Of a stretch of DNA of 64,000 nt, positions 1 to 13,037 are shown piece after piece. Numbering within the stretch: the first letter of the stretch is position 1; every line of letters starts with the position of its first letter. The position numbers and the translations under genes were made by a program. The notes beneath the pieces were generated by a model that was given only the letters and a program-made list of their open reading frames with translations, was not told the origin of the DNA and ran no database searches. The DNA lies in contig NC_082707.1 of NCBI RefSeq assembly GCF_030144855.1, positions 155,372,001 to 155,436,000 of the forward strand, written 5' to 3'. The DNA comes from Hypanus sabinus. Taxonomy: Eukaryota.

Positions 1-54
1 CTTCTACTCACCAATCCTTTCATTGTAGCCTTCCAAATCCTTTTTCCAAAACAT

Positions 55-392
55 TTAGAAACATAGAAAACCTACAGCACAATACCACAAAGTTGTGCCA
101 AACATGTCCCTACCTTAAATAATACTAGGCTTACCCATAGCCCTCTATTTTTCTAAGTTCCATGTACCTATCCAAAAGTCTCTTAAAAGACCCCATCGTA
201 TCCGCCTCCACCACCGCTGCCGGCAGCCCATTCCACACACTCACCACTCTGCGTAAAAAACATACCCCTGACATCTCTGTACCTATTCCCCAGCACCTTA
301 AACCTGTGTCTTCTTGTGGCAACCACTTCAACCCTGGGAAAAAGCCTCTGACTACCCACATGACCAATGCCTCTCATCATCTTCTACACCTC
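55..392 (-). mobile_element. CR1-clade LINE 3' end fragment
   Basis: Minus-strand peptide VVSVWNGLPAAVVEADTMGSFKRLLDRYM is the CR1 ORF2 C-terminus. TTTCTATG-type terminal repeat at about 55-70. Confidence 0.85.
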
Positions 393-1002
393 TATTTTAT
401 TTTCCAATTCCCCTTTGAAGGCCACAATCAAACTTGGCCCCACCAATCTGCAGGTAATACTTTCCATATTCTCTAACCCTTCATCTTATACTGAGACCTC
501 TAATCATTGTCCTCTCCACCAAAAAAAGCATTCTATCAACTCTGCCCAACACCACAATTATATCATTTTTATCATTAGGTTTCTCACCTTTACAGAAAAC
601 ACTAGCTGCTCTAAACTATCCTTGTAACTGCATCTCCTATTCCAGGAACATTACTGAATATCTTTTCTGAACATTCTCAAATGTTTTCACATCGTTCCTA
701 GAATATGGAATCAGAATTGCACATGTTACTCTAGTTAAGGCTGGACCAGTGTTTTATAAAAGTTCAACATAACTTCCCTTCTTTTAATCTCTATTCTTCT
801 GTTGATAAAGCCTAAAATATGGATGACTTAAATTGCTCTTTAAATCTGCCTTGCTATTTTCAGTGTTTTGTGCAAGCATAACCCAAGGCAATTCTGCTCC
901 TCAACACTGTCCATTATTCTGTACCACCAAATCTCCTCAAATTTGTAATAAAATATAGCCATTGTCTTGCCTTCTTTATAGCTGTATGATAAAATAGGCT
1001 GT

Positions 1003-2298
1003 AGTCAACATGGTTTCCTCAAGGGAAACTCCTGCCTGACAAATCTGTTGGAATTCTTTGAAAAAGTAACAAGCATGATAGACAAAGGAGAATTGGTTCA
1101 TGTTGTGTGTTTGGATTTTCACAAGGGCTTTGACAAGGTGCCACACGATGCTGATTAACAAGCTACAAACGCATTGGATTACAGGAAGGATTCTAGCATG
1201 GATAAAGCAGAGGCCGATTTAAAGGAGGCAAAGTGTGGGAATATAGGGAGCCTTTTCCAACTGGCTGCCGATGACTAGTGGTGTTCCACGGGGCGGGGGG
1301 GTGTCTGTATTATTGGCACCAATTCTTTTTTTGAATATCAATGATTTGGATGATGCAATCGATGGTTTTATTGCAAAGTTTGCAAACTATATGAAGATAG
1401 GTGGAGGCGCAGATAGTTTTGAGGAAGAAAAGAGGCTACAGAAGGACTTAGACAGATTAGGAAAATGGGAAAACAAGTTGCAAATGGAATACAGAGTCGG
1501 GAAGTGTATGGTCATGCACTTTTGCAGAAGAATTGAAAGGGGTGACTATTTTTGAAATAGGGATAAAATACAAAAAAACTGAGGTGCAAAGGGATTGGGA
1601 GTCCTTGTGCATGATTCCTTAAAAGTTAATTTGCAGGTTGAGTATGTCGTGAGGAAGGCAGATGCAATGTTAGCATTCATTTCAAGGGGACTAGAATATA
1701 AAATCAAGGCTGTACTGTTGAGGCTTTATAAAGCACTGGTGAGGCCTCTCTTAGAATATTGTGAGCAGGTCTGGGCTCCTTATCTTACAAAGTAGAAACG
1801 ATGTGCTGAAACTGGAGAGCATTCAAAGGAGATTCACAAAAATGATTCCAGGATTGAATGGTTTGTCAAATGAAGAGCATTTCATAGCGCTGGGCCTGTA
1901 TTCACTGGAATTCAGAAGAATAAGGGGTGACCTAATTGAAATTTATCCAATGGTGAAGGGCCTTGATAGACTGGATGTGGAGAGTTTCCTATGGTAGACT
2001 TGATGACAGGGAGGACACAGGATAGAGGGACATCCTTTAGAATGGAGATGAGGAATTTCTTTAGCCAGAGAATGGTGAATCTGTGGGATTCTTTACCACA
2101 GACAGCTGTGGAGGCAAAGTGTTCATGTACATTTAAGGCAGAGGTTGATAAATTCTTGATTGGTCAGGCCATGAAAGGATGTAGGGAGAAGGCAGGAGAT
2201 GGGGCCGAGCAGAAAACTGGATCAGCCATGATGAAATGGCGGAGCAGACCCGATAGGCCAGATGGCCTAATTCTACTCCTATATTTTATGGTCTTATC
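1003..2298 (+). mobile_element. Degenerate 5'-truncated CR1 LINE (RT C-terminal half to 3' tail)
   Basis: Frameshifted pieces TSGVP, INDLDD, AKFA(N), LYKALVRPLLEYC, RNFFSQRMVNLWDSLP. Ends in TTTTATGGTCTTAT tail. Confidence 0.9.
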
Positions 2299-3705
2299 TT
2301 TCCTCGTTTTTTCTACCAAAATGAATCCCCTCACAATTTTTCACATTAATCATCTGCCATACATCTGCTTATTTCTACCAGCCTACTTATAACCTCCTAT
2401 AATCTTTCACCATCCTCTCTGTAGGTCATCATATTTTAAAACATTTGTAAATCTAAAAATCGTGGTTTGCAATTCAAAACAAAGTCATTAATATAGATCA
2501 AAACTTTCCAAATGACCCTAACATCTGACAAAAAAATTCTGGTTGTATATCACATGAACTGCATTACCCTAAATTGACTCTGTTACCTCATCAAAAACCT
2601 CTATCAAGTTGTTTAAATACACAATTAACAATTCTATGCTGGCTTGCGTTAATCTATTTTCCTCCATATAAATATCAACTGTATCAGAATCAATGTCTCT
2701 AAAAACTTCCCTACGAGGTCAAAATTGACTGGCCAATTTGCTGGGCTTACCCCAATTTTTTTTTTTGAACAATGGAACAATACTTTCTACACAGCACCAC
2801 AGTTTTTTGTTACCAATTCTCATACCCAAAAAATCATTGGAAGATTAAATTCAGTAGCCCTGTGATTTCTTGCTAAATTTTCCTCAAAATCCTGAGATTC
2901 ATCATATCTGGGCATTCTGGTGACATACCTACTTAAAGTTCAGCAAACCTTTCTATATCTCAGAGAAACAATTTTTAACACATCCAGACATCATCTTCAC
3001 TTTCTGATTACTTTGGAAGTAACTTTTTCCTCTTGAGAGCAGATAACAAGTACTCATTTAGTATCATAATGCCCTCAATCATCAAGTTACCATTTTTATC
3101 CTTATTTGTCCCCACGGTTTCATTTACTACCCTTTTACTATTTATATGCCTGCAGAACACTTATAGATTTCCATTTCTGTAACTAATGTTTCTTATATAT
3201 TTGCTTTGTGTCTCAATTTCATTTTCACTTCCCCTCTGATTCTTTGTTGCAATCAGTCTTACAATACATTGAGGTAGGAAATGGATGCCAATGAACTGTT
3301 CAGTAAGCCTCCACTCTGCAGCAGTTGATAACTTCAATAAAACTGCAAAGAAGTCATTCTCCAAGTTACTTTCATCTTATTTATAGTAATGCTATGCTCA
3401 AGATTCAAGATTGTTTAATGATAACATCAGAAGAAAGCAAGCAATGAATAGTTAGAAAAAACACATTTTGCCAACTTTAAAAACTGAAAGAAGCCCTCAC
3501 ATGTGCATGAAAAACAGCAACTGAATTTGGCCTGTATACAATGAAATTTCAAGTATCCTGTTCAAAAGCTGTTTTCACTGACATAAATTTGTAGTGACTG
3601 TGTTATTTGTGGTAAGTTAAATAATAACTATTTCAGATTAACGATCTTAGAATCATTAACTTTTTCCCATATACATAAACAGTGCAAAGGATTAATGAAA
3701 ATAAA

Positions 3706-4285
3706 ATCACAAACAAGAGAAAATCAGTCAAGTTTCCGGCAGAGACCCTTCAGCAGGACTGAAGTAAAAAAAGATAAGGAGTAGAGTTAAAAGGTGGGAG
3801 GAGGAGAGGGAGAAACACAAGTGATAGGTGAAACAGGGAGGAGGCAGGGTGAAGTAAGGAGCTGGAAAGCTGACTAGTGAAAGAGATACAGAGTTGGAGA
3901 TGGGGAAATCTAATAGGAGAGGACAGAAGGCCTTAGAAGAAAGAAAAGGGGGAAGGAGCACCAGAGGGAGGCGATAGGCAGGCAAGAAGATATGGTGAGA
4001 GAGGGAAGAGTGGATGGGGGGACAGTGAAGGAGGGAGGGGGCCATTACCGGAAGTTTGAGAAATCAATGTTCATGCCATCAGGTTGGAGGCTGCCCAGAC
4101 GGTATATAAGCTGTTGTTCCTCCAACCTGAGTGTGGCCTCATAGTGACAGTAGAGATGGACATATTGGAATGGGAATGGGAAGTGGTATTAAAATGAGCG
4201 GCCACAGAGGATAGATGTTTGATGAAGCCATCTCCAATCTACGTCAGGTCTCACCGTTATACAGGATGCCACACCGGGAGCAACA
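3706..4285 (-). mobile_element. Penelope-like element 3' fragment with degenerate minimal hammerhead
   Basis: Colinear with the 3' part of the Penelope copy at 61790-62350 (shared aatcaatgttcatgcc.tcagg.tggaggct.ccca). Hammerhead-like motif at 3725-3761. Confidence 0.8.
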
Positions 4286-6796
4286 AAAAAGAGCAACAAT
4301 ATTAAATAAAACCAACCTAGGTACAAATGTAATCAATTAATGGAACAAATATTTATTAAGAAATATAAAGTGGCTGTAGCAACATTATTACCTATAAATA
4401 TTCTCCGTTGAGAATATTTATAAAGAAAAATTAAACTGTATCAGGTCTCTGTGAGACAAAAATTCTGATGAATCTCTTATATGTTGGTCCAAAACAAGCC
4501 ACTAAACAACTCCTTTTTTTGCACAAGACAGCAAAACAAAGAGAAGGAAGTAACAGCATCCCAAATCTTATACACATTGTTAATTTATTCCATTTGATGC
4601 CACAGAATCAGAAACAGTGTTGTTCTGCTGAAAGCTGCCCATTTGCAGAATTGTTATAATTATCCTTTTAACACCATAAATAGACTTATTTGCATTTAAA
4701 TAAACAACAAGTCTTCTTTTAATGTCACCCATGCCCTTGAATTTGTTTGTACTCCATGCCTACAGAAATGTTCATGGTATTTTAATAAGGCTTGAATTTA
4801 AATTCTTGCCAATGTTAATTTGAGAAAGTCAGTTATTTTTATAACCTGAGATGGCAACAGTAAAGGGATAAGTATACAATATATCTATTTTACTCATTTT
4901 GTGAATGACTTTAAAAATGGTGCAGTAACTCTTCTTTATCCAGTATTTATTTCAAAAAGAATTCTCAATGAAAATATCCTCAAAAATGAATTTAATTGCA
5001 AACCTTATGCTAAATAATAACAGTTGCAAGTTGATTTGCACCAACATCCTCTGAAGATCTGGCATTTCATGTGATGGTGATTATTTGTTATTTGATTTAT
5101 TTTTGCTGTAGTTGCAAGCTAAATAAAGTGTTTTGTCTTTCAATGCCAACTAACTTGCTTGAGAGGATTTAAAAGAAACCTGAGCTCTGTTTTGAGACAA
5201 TGGATGGCATATGAAAGCGAAGTTTCACTGAAGCTTTGCTTTGCATATGTGACAATAATAAAGCAATGCACCAATGTTTTCAAGTCTCTAGGCAGCAAGA
5301 CTAATATTGAAATACTGGATGCAGGAAAGATCTATCAAATGGTTCTTGAATTGCTGAAATATTAAAACTTTAGAATTGTAGCTGTGTAGTTAGATACCCA
5401 AATGGCAATTTTCCTATAGCCATTAAAGATTTCAGCTTCACCCATTTCTTAATACTCCTTTTTGGTCCTAGTTTGGAAACTAGGCTTGGTAAGAACTAGG
5501 TAAACCAGATGTCAAACTATTAGGATTTCGGAGTTTGAATTAACTTAGTGATTGTGCCTCCATACCTCCCTGACATACTGCTAAAAGACAAAAGAAAATA
5601 TGATTTTGTTTCTTCATACGACTTTCAAACAAGAGGATCACAAATATAGTCTATCCCCTAGCCATTCAACTGGTTAGTTATACAATTTAAAAAATAAAGA
5701 AATTTGAACTAAGAGCCCCTTGTTAAGTCTGTGTTTTTTTCAATTAACTGTATAGCTTATCAAAAGTTATGCTGGAGTCTAATTATTCATTGATTCTAAT
5801 CCTTCACCCTATATGTATCCAAAAAGTGATCATAAGTCAGCAAAGTATGCATCCTCAGTTTAATTACAAATTCAACCCTTTGCTTTTGGAAGGTAATAAA
5901 CAGGTACACCTCTGTACAGACAAGTAATATGCACAGGTGAATATACCACACCCATGAAACTTAAATTTTGCAAGTAAAAACATGAATAAGCTACTGTAGA
6001 AACATGTGTTTTTAAAAATCAAATACCCTAAATAAAGTTACCATTTCTTTTAAAAAGGAGCATGCAAAATAACTGCATTATCCTGATTTTATTCAGTTTG
6101 AAGATTTTGCATTCAAATAGTTTATACCAATATTGACATTACCTTTCATGCAGGCAGCTACATGATGACGTGCCAAAATCTCACTGTGTCACCATGGTCT
6201 CTAAAGACAGTTTACATATTAAGAGGCAATGCATTTTACATTTACTTACTAAATTTGGAGCTAGCGCCCTTAAGAACACAATTAATTGTATGGTCTGAAA
6301 GTAGATTGGATTTGAAGTGAACAGTCTGAAGAACTCTGTTTAATAATAAGTGGGTGAAATTAATAAACTAGTATACAATTAACAAACTTTACACGTACAA
6401 AGAATCTGATTGAATTGTTCACAAATTAAAAAACTACAGGTAAAATATCAATTCACTTTTTCACATTGTGTTTATAGCTCCTTCCAATACGAAGGAACTC
6501 AGAATGGCAATTGACAAACCAGTGCAATAAATCAAACTGTCATTCTGTATACGGGGTGATCAAATTCTCTACAATGATACTGCAGTTAAAAGTTACACCA
6601 CTTGCTTAAGTAATCTCCAGAAGCTCTATTTTGGAAAGTAAAAGATTCATTTTCAACTTTGATTACACAATATTCAGTGACTGCTTTCATTAATGAGGAA
6701 GTCATTAGGCATAAAAACAGGATCTCTGTTCACTCAATAATCGTCAGGCTATTATTAACTATAAATAAAACAAAGCACACCATTAGTGGATATAAC

Positions 6797-6970
6797 TCAT
6801 ACAAAGTGCTAGAGGAATTCAGGAGGTCAGGCAGCATCTATGGAGGGAATGAAACCCTTCCTGATAAAGGGCCTCAGCTTGAAACTGTTTATTTCCCTTC
6901 TTAGATGTTGTCTGATCTGCTGTTACTCCAGCATTTTGGGTGTTGCTCCAGATTTCCAGCATCTGTAGTC
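6797..6970. repeat. Penelope-derived terminal fragment arranged as an inverted repeat
   Basis: 6797-6850 is approximately the reverse complement of 6891-6943. A decayed CTGATAA...GAAA core lies between the arms. Confidence 0.7.
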
Positions 6971-9900
6971 TCTCATCTCCACACCTCTTGACTCATATCT
7001 TATCCCTCATTTCCATCCTGTAAACATATACAAACATATTTCACTTGTGAACTTAATATTATAGTACTATTTTTGGAAAACTAAATAAAATCATCATGAC
7101 CTAACAACACACCTGTCTGCATTTCAATTAAATTTATTGGAAAACAGGTCTTCATAATGACGTGGAGGAAAAGGTGGTGAAAGGGGCTCAGAACGCTCTG
7201 AGCTTCTGATGTAATGTCAAGAGACCTATCATCTGAGCTAAAAAGACTAACAATTACTGAAAATACAAGAAGACATCCTTTTTTTTACAAGGCAATGACA
7301 CAATGAAAATTCAGTTCAATATTTATCATCTGATTTTGGATTGGTAATGCACAAGAAAACTGAAGATAGAAGGAATTGAGACTACCTCCATAGGCATTTA
7401 GAACATTAAAAGAGTAATTAATGAATTTTGGTGGGGTGATTAACAAGCAATTGAATGTCATCATCAATTATCAATTAAAACAGTGAGATGCTATTAAAAT
7501 AAACAGAGTGCAGGAAATGCTATCTCACTGCAATAATAGAAAAAATATTAGCTTATGCTGAATTTCCAGTTCACTTACGGTTGCCCAAGGAGTTTCTGTA
7601 GCCTTTTGTCCAGCCTCTTATACTAATTACAAGATTTTTGGTAATTCATGAGATCTATTTCAGCAAGATCCCATTATTAATTTAGTAATTTGACTTTCTG
7701 AGCCTTCAAATTATGAAATGTCTCCAGCCATCCGCAACGCCTGAAACAGGCATAGTCTGAACCAGGAAAAGTATTAGGTGGAATATTTACTATAACTTAA
7801 AATCTTGCATGGGAAGCAAAATAATTAGCAATATAGGATTAAGGGAAATAGAATTATTAAAATATGAAGCAATGAAATTCAACACTTAAAAAAATCCATT
7901 TTCAGTGCAGGTCAGTTATTTGTAGAAATAACATATCACACCATTTACAATTTGCACAGATGGATTTTGGACAGATACATTTATGCTGACCTGTTTGGAG
8001 AGAACCTGAAGAGCAATTATATCTCAACTTGATCTTTTATGTGTTGTAAGATTTCTCAATGAAATATTGCTGGAACAACAATTGTAGCAACAAAGACCGA
8101 ATGAGACAGCCGTTTCCTGAATTCTGTATCTGATTGTGCATATTATTCTACAATGATGACTGCTAGTCTTAAATGTTTTTACAAATATGATCTTACATGT
8201 TATATAACGCACAAGGGATGCTTCTAGTAGTAATGGATAACAGAACACAAGACTCATCAAACTCTGCTGTAAGCCACAAGACAAATGATGAGTTTGATGA
8301 AAAGTTATTGTTACATTTAAATATAAGTTTACTTTATCAAAGGTGGAATCATCTTCAATATGGAAGCCTATTACATGGGTCAGAACTCCAGTTGTTCACT
8401 ATGCACCAACTCTGACGAAAGAATGTAAGAAACAGAAGCAGTATAGGTCATTGTCCTTTGTGCTTGCTCTGCCATGTAATACCTTAATACCTGTGTACAG
8501 CACTATCTCTATATTCCTTAACATATTTAATATCTAAAATCATACATAGCATCTGAGCCTCCACAGTCCACTTGGATGAAGAATTCTAGACAGTCCTTTT
8601 CCTTTAGATGGTGAAGCTCATGCTAATCCATCTTCGATAACTAACATCTTATTTTGAAAGCATAACCAATAGTTCCACACCCAATCCAGGGGAAGCATTA
8701 AGTCTGTTTCTCCTGTCAAGCATCATCTCCAAAAGAATGTTTGAAGGAATAGGAATGATATGGGAATATATGGTGTGAATTAGCACACATAACAGTATGT
8801 GGTGGGAGAGTGCATAGCTGTCATCAACCATGATTTTGGAGCTCCTTCATTTACCTTGCTAAATCATAATGCAAGTGTAATGAAATGTCTTAAAATGGAG
8901 GGATTATAATAAATAACTTTTAGTTATATATCCGTAAGCACACTGTGATACTGTGATAAATGGGTTGAGTATTAGATCTGATTATTGACAACAGTCTCCA
9001 TAGTGCCCTTTATATTGTGAACTTATCCTGAGGTATTTTGTAAGAGCATAATTAAACAAAATTAATGCCAAACTAAATATTAAGGAATATGACCTAAATG
9101 AGAGATCAGGAAGGATATTCTAGTGAGGAGGTTTTGGCTATACAGAAGCCTTGATTACTAGTGTTGGAGCCATTAAAAACAGGAGAGTATCAACAAACCA
9201 CAACTAAAGGAACATGTCAAAGGATTGTAATACTGGAGAAGGATATAGGGCAATGAAGAGGTAAGGCCATGGAGAAATATGAAACAAATTTGACAACTTT
9301 TAAACTGAAATGTTGCCAAAGCAGGGCTGATTTGCTGAGTTATGTCAGTGATCACAGTTTTTTATTTGGAACAAGACTTTTTGCAAATTAGAAGAAGGGA
9401 TGCAAAATTTTCGATTAACTTACAGGTTACAGGTGGTTACAGGTTATGTAAATAGCAATGAGAATTTGTAAATCCAAACTTTATTGGATTTGTAACGCCA
9501 AAAAACAGAAAGATGGTGACAGTTTAGAGTGTTTCATTGTATATAACTATTTGTCATTGCAGCAATTAACTTCCCAGGCACAATGCGCTGAAGATTTTTA
9601 CTGAACATCAGCCACAGCTCATTATCTAATAGAATGGTTTCCCAGTGGCAGCCTCTAATGACAGTACAATTTGTACTGTTCAATCAATCAATTCCCACTT
9701 TAATATTCCTCTTTCTGTTTAAAAATATAAATGACAAGTGACAAATGGGGGACTGAAGAGGGAAATTGGAAAATGCTGGTGGGACAGGGATTGACGTTGG
9801 GGGAAATTCAATTAAGATTGAGCATAAACATGGATATTAATTTATCTGTTAAAGAAGCCTTTGATTTACTATTTAAAGTTTCTGCAGCAGCAGATTTGAA

Positions 9901-10672
9901 AAAACAAAGGCAACATATTTACAGTGCCAAATACATACCTTCCATGACAATCCGAAGTGATAACAGTAACATCAATCTGTACCGGACTAGTAGGCCCAAG
10001 GTACCATACTCTACACAGGATCACAACTGCCACAACCAGGGCCATCTCCATGGCTAAGGAATAACTCAACTGTGGGATCAGGAGCAAAAGGTGGAACAGC
10101 AACTCTCGAGGATAATGTTATAAGACACCAGATACAACAAATGATACCTCTATCTCAAGCAAAACCATAGGCGTGAGTTAAGTCCATATAATACAATAGG
10201 AAAAACAACAAAAAGACAAATAACATGCTGTAATATCCTTTGCCAGTTGTAATATCTAACAACTATTGAGAGGTACAAGATTCAGCAGTGTGTGTGTTGA
10301 TCAAATGAAAATAACAGAGATGGTACCATGTAATCAGTAACATACTTAAGTAATGGAGGCCTGCTCATATGACCACAATTGGAGGACTTTCAGAAGACTT
10401 ATCATGGAGGTTTAATGAAGAAAGGTATAACTGATGAGAAGCACATCTGTACCCAACTAGCTCTGTGCCAGTAACTGTATGTCTATACTTTAGACAAAGA
10501 CACTGTATGATATGCTTAATAGGTAATTCATTCTTTTGTGCAATTGGGAAAATTTTATGGTCTACACCTAGTAAGGTAAATGGGCCTCTCTCCAGCCTGC
10601 AGACTTAAGAATAATTGAAATAAATACTCCTGCTTCTCTTAAGAACAGAAAATGTCATTGGTTCTTTGATAG

Positions 10673-12057
10673 CCTGACATCGGTGGTGGGGAAAATGCTA
10701 GTCAGTTATCAAAGATGTGATAACAGCACATTTGGAAAGAGGTGAAATCATCGGACAAAGTCAGCATGGATTTGTGAAAGGAAAATCATGTCTGATGAAT
10801 CTTATAGAATTTTTTGAGGATGTAACTAGTAGAGTGGATAGGGGAGAACCAGTGGATGTGGTATATTTGGATTTTCAAAAGGCTTTTGACAAGGTCCCAC
10901 ACAGGAGATTAGTGTGCAAACTTAAAGTACACAGTATTGGGGGTATGGTATTGATGTGGATAGAGAATTGGTTGGCAAACAGGAAGTAAAGAGTGGGAAT
11001 AAACGGGACCTTTTCAGATTGGCAGGCAGTGACTAGTGGGATACCGCAAGGCTCAGTGCAGGGACCCCAGTTGTTTGCAATATATATTAATGATTTAGAC
11101 GAGGGAATTAAATGCAGCATCTCCAAGTTTGCAGATGACACGAAGCTGGGCGGCGGTGTTAGCAGTGAGGAGGGATGCTAAGAGAATGCAGGGTGACTTG
11201 GATAGGTTAGGCGAGTGGGCAAATTCATGGCAGATGCAATTTAATGTGGATAAATGTGAGGTTATCTACTTTGGTTGCAAGAACAGGAAAACAGACTATT
11301 ATCTGAATGATGGCCGATTAGAAAAAGGGGAGGTGCAACGAGACCTGGGTGTCATTGTACACCAGTCATTGAAAGTGGGCATGCAGGTACAGCAGGCAGT
11401 GAAAAAGGCAAATGGTATGTTGGCATTCATAGCAAGAGGATTCGAGTACAGGAGCAGTGAGGTTCTACTGCAGTTGTAAAAGGCCTTGGTGAGACCACAG
11501 CTGGAGTATTGTGTGCAGTTTTGGTTCCCTAATCTGAGGAAAGACATTCTTGCCATAGAGGGAGTACAAAGAAGGTTCACCAGATTGATTCCTGGGATGG
11601 CAGGACTTTCATATGAAGAAAGACTAGATCGACTAGGCTTATACTCGCTGGAATTTAGAAGATTGAGGGGGGATCTTATTGAAACGTATAAAATTCTAAA
11701 GGGATTGGACAGGCTAGATGCAGAAAGATTGTTTCCGATGTTGGGGGAGTCCAGAACGAGGGGTCACAGTTTAAGAATAAAGGGGAAGCCTTTTAGGCCT
11801 TTTAGATGAGGAAAAACTTCTTCACACAGAGAGTGGTGAATCTGTGGAATTCTCTGCCACAGGAAACAGTTGAGGCTGGTTTATTGGCTATATTTAAGAG
11901 GAAGTTAGATATGGCCCTTGTGGCTAAAGGGATCGGGGGTGTGGAGAGAAAGCAGGTACAGGGTTCTGAGTTGGATGACCAGCCATGATCATACTGAATG
12001 GCGGTGCAGGCTCGAAGGGCCGAAGGGCCTACTCCTGCACCTATTTTCTATGTTTCT
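10673..12057 (+). mobile_element. Well-preserved 5'-truncated CR1 LINE
   Basis: RT motifs SQHGFVKGKSC, YLDFQKAFDKVPH, SGIPQGSV, KFADDTKL, VRPQLEYCVQFW, with few lesions. Ends in TTTTCTATGTTTCTA. Confidence 0.95.
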
Positions 12058-12554
12058 AGCATAATACACAAATTACCTTAAACATGCATTAACAGTGTGA
12101 TTTACATACAGGACAAGATGATAATCACTTCAGTTAAACTACAAAAGATCTTAACACAAAATTGGATTGGCAAAAAAAAATGATAGAAATCTAGTTTAAA
12201 GGTTTCAACATGGATCATAAAGGGTGGCAAAAACTAAACAAACACCAATTAATCCAACAAAAAAACATGAAACAGAACTGAGAGGTTATTGTATATACTT
12301 TGTACTTAGGTCAATATTGATGGTCATTTAAGAGTCAACTGTGGAAAAATAAGTAGCTTCAAATCTTGGGATGTCAACATCTCAGAGGATCTATCCTGAG
12401 CTCAAATCAATGCAATCATGAAAAAGGAACAATGGGAGCTATGCTTTGTTAGGAGTTTGTGGATATTTGTATGTCAGCAAACATTTACAATTTTTTTGAT
12501 GCAAATTTCTTCTTGTGATGGACTGGACAAGCAGCTGACATGAAATAAAACAAC

Positions 12555-13032
12555 ATGGGAGATTGTGAGATCAGTGTGGGCTATACTAATAATCTAGGAC
12601 ATGTTGAGATCAAGAAGGAGGTGGTGTTCAGCCTACTGAAGAACACTGAGATGGGTAAGTCCCAAGGGTCTAATGAGATCTACCTCATGGTAATGAGAGG
12701 CAAGAGAGGAGAATGCTGGGTCCTTGACAAAGATCTCTGTATCCTCTCTAGCCACAGGCGAGGACCCAGGGTACTAGAGAGTAGCCAATGTTTAAAGAAA
12801 ATACAAATAAGTAAGGAAATTATAAGCCAATGGGCCTGACATCAGTGGTAGGGAAGCTATTTGAAAGAATTCATAGGGAAAGGATGTACTCACGTTTGGA
12901 AAAACATGGGCCTATTAGCTATAGTCAGCATCGTTTATGTGGTGCAGATCTCGTCTATTAAACTATGAACTTCATTCAACTTTCTGAGGAGGGCAGTGTA
13001 TGTTATCTACATGGACTTCAGTAAGGCCCTTG
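12555..13032 (+). mobile_element. Degenerate CR1 ORF2 fragment
   Basis: KSQGSNEIY (from KSPGPDEIY), LTSVVGK-like and YMDFSKAL motifs. Cut off by the Rex1 piece that follows. Confidence 0.7.
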
Positions 13033-13037
13033 AGAGG

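Noticed and set aside
6162-6300. ATGATGA ... CTGA, possible C/D snoRNA
   Set aside because: On the strand opposite to the host gene, no terminal stem seen, and no recognisable rRNA guide.
7579-7740. Strong acceptor (cctgtttcAG) and donor (GTAAGT) pair on the minus strand
   Set aside because: Stops in all three frames. Not coding, and no other support as a non-coding exon.
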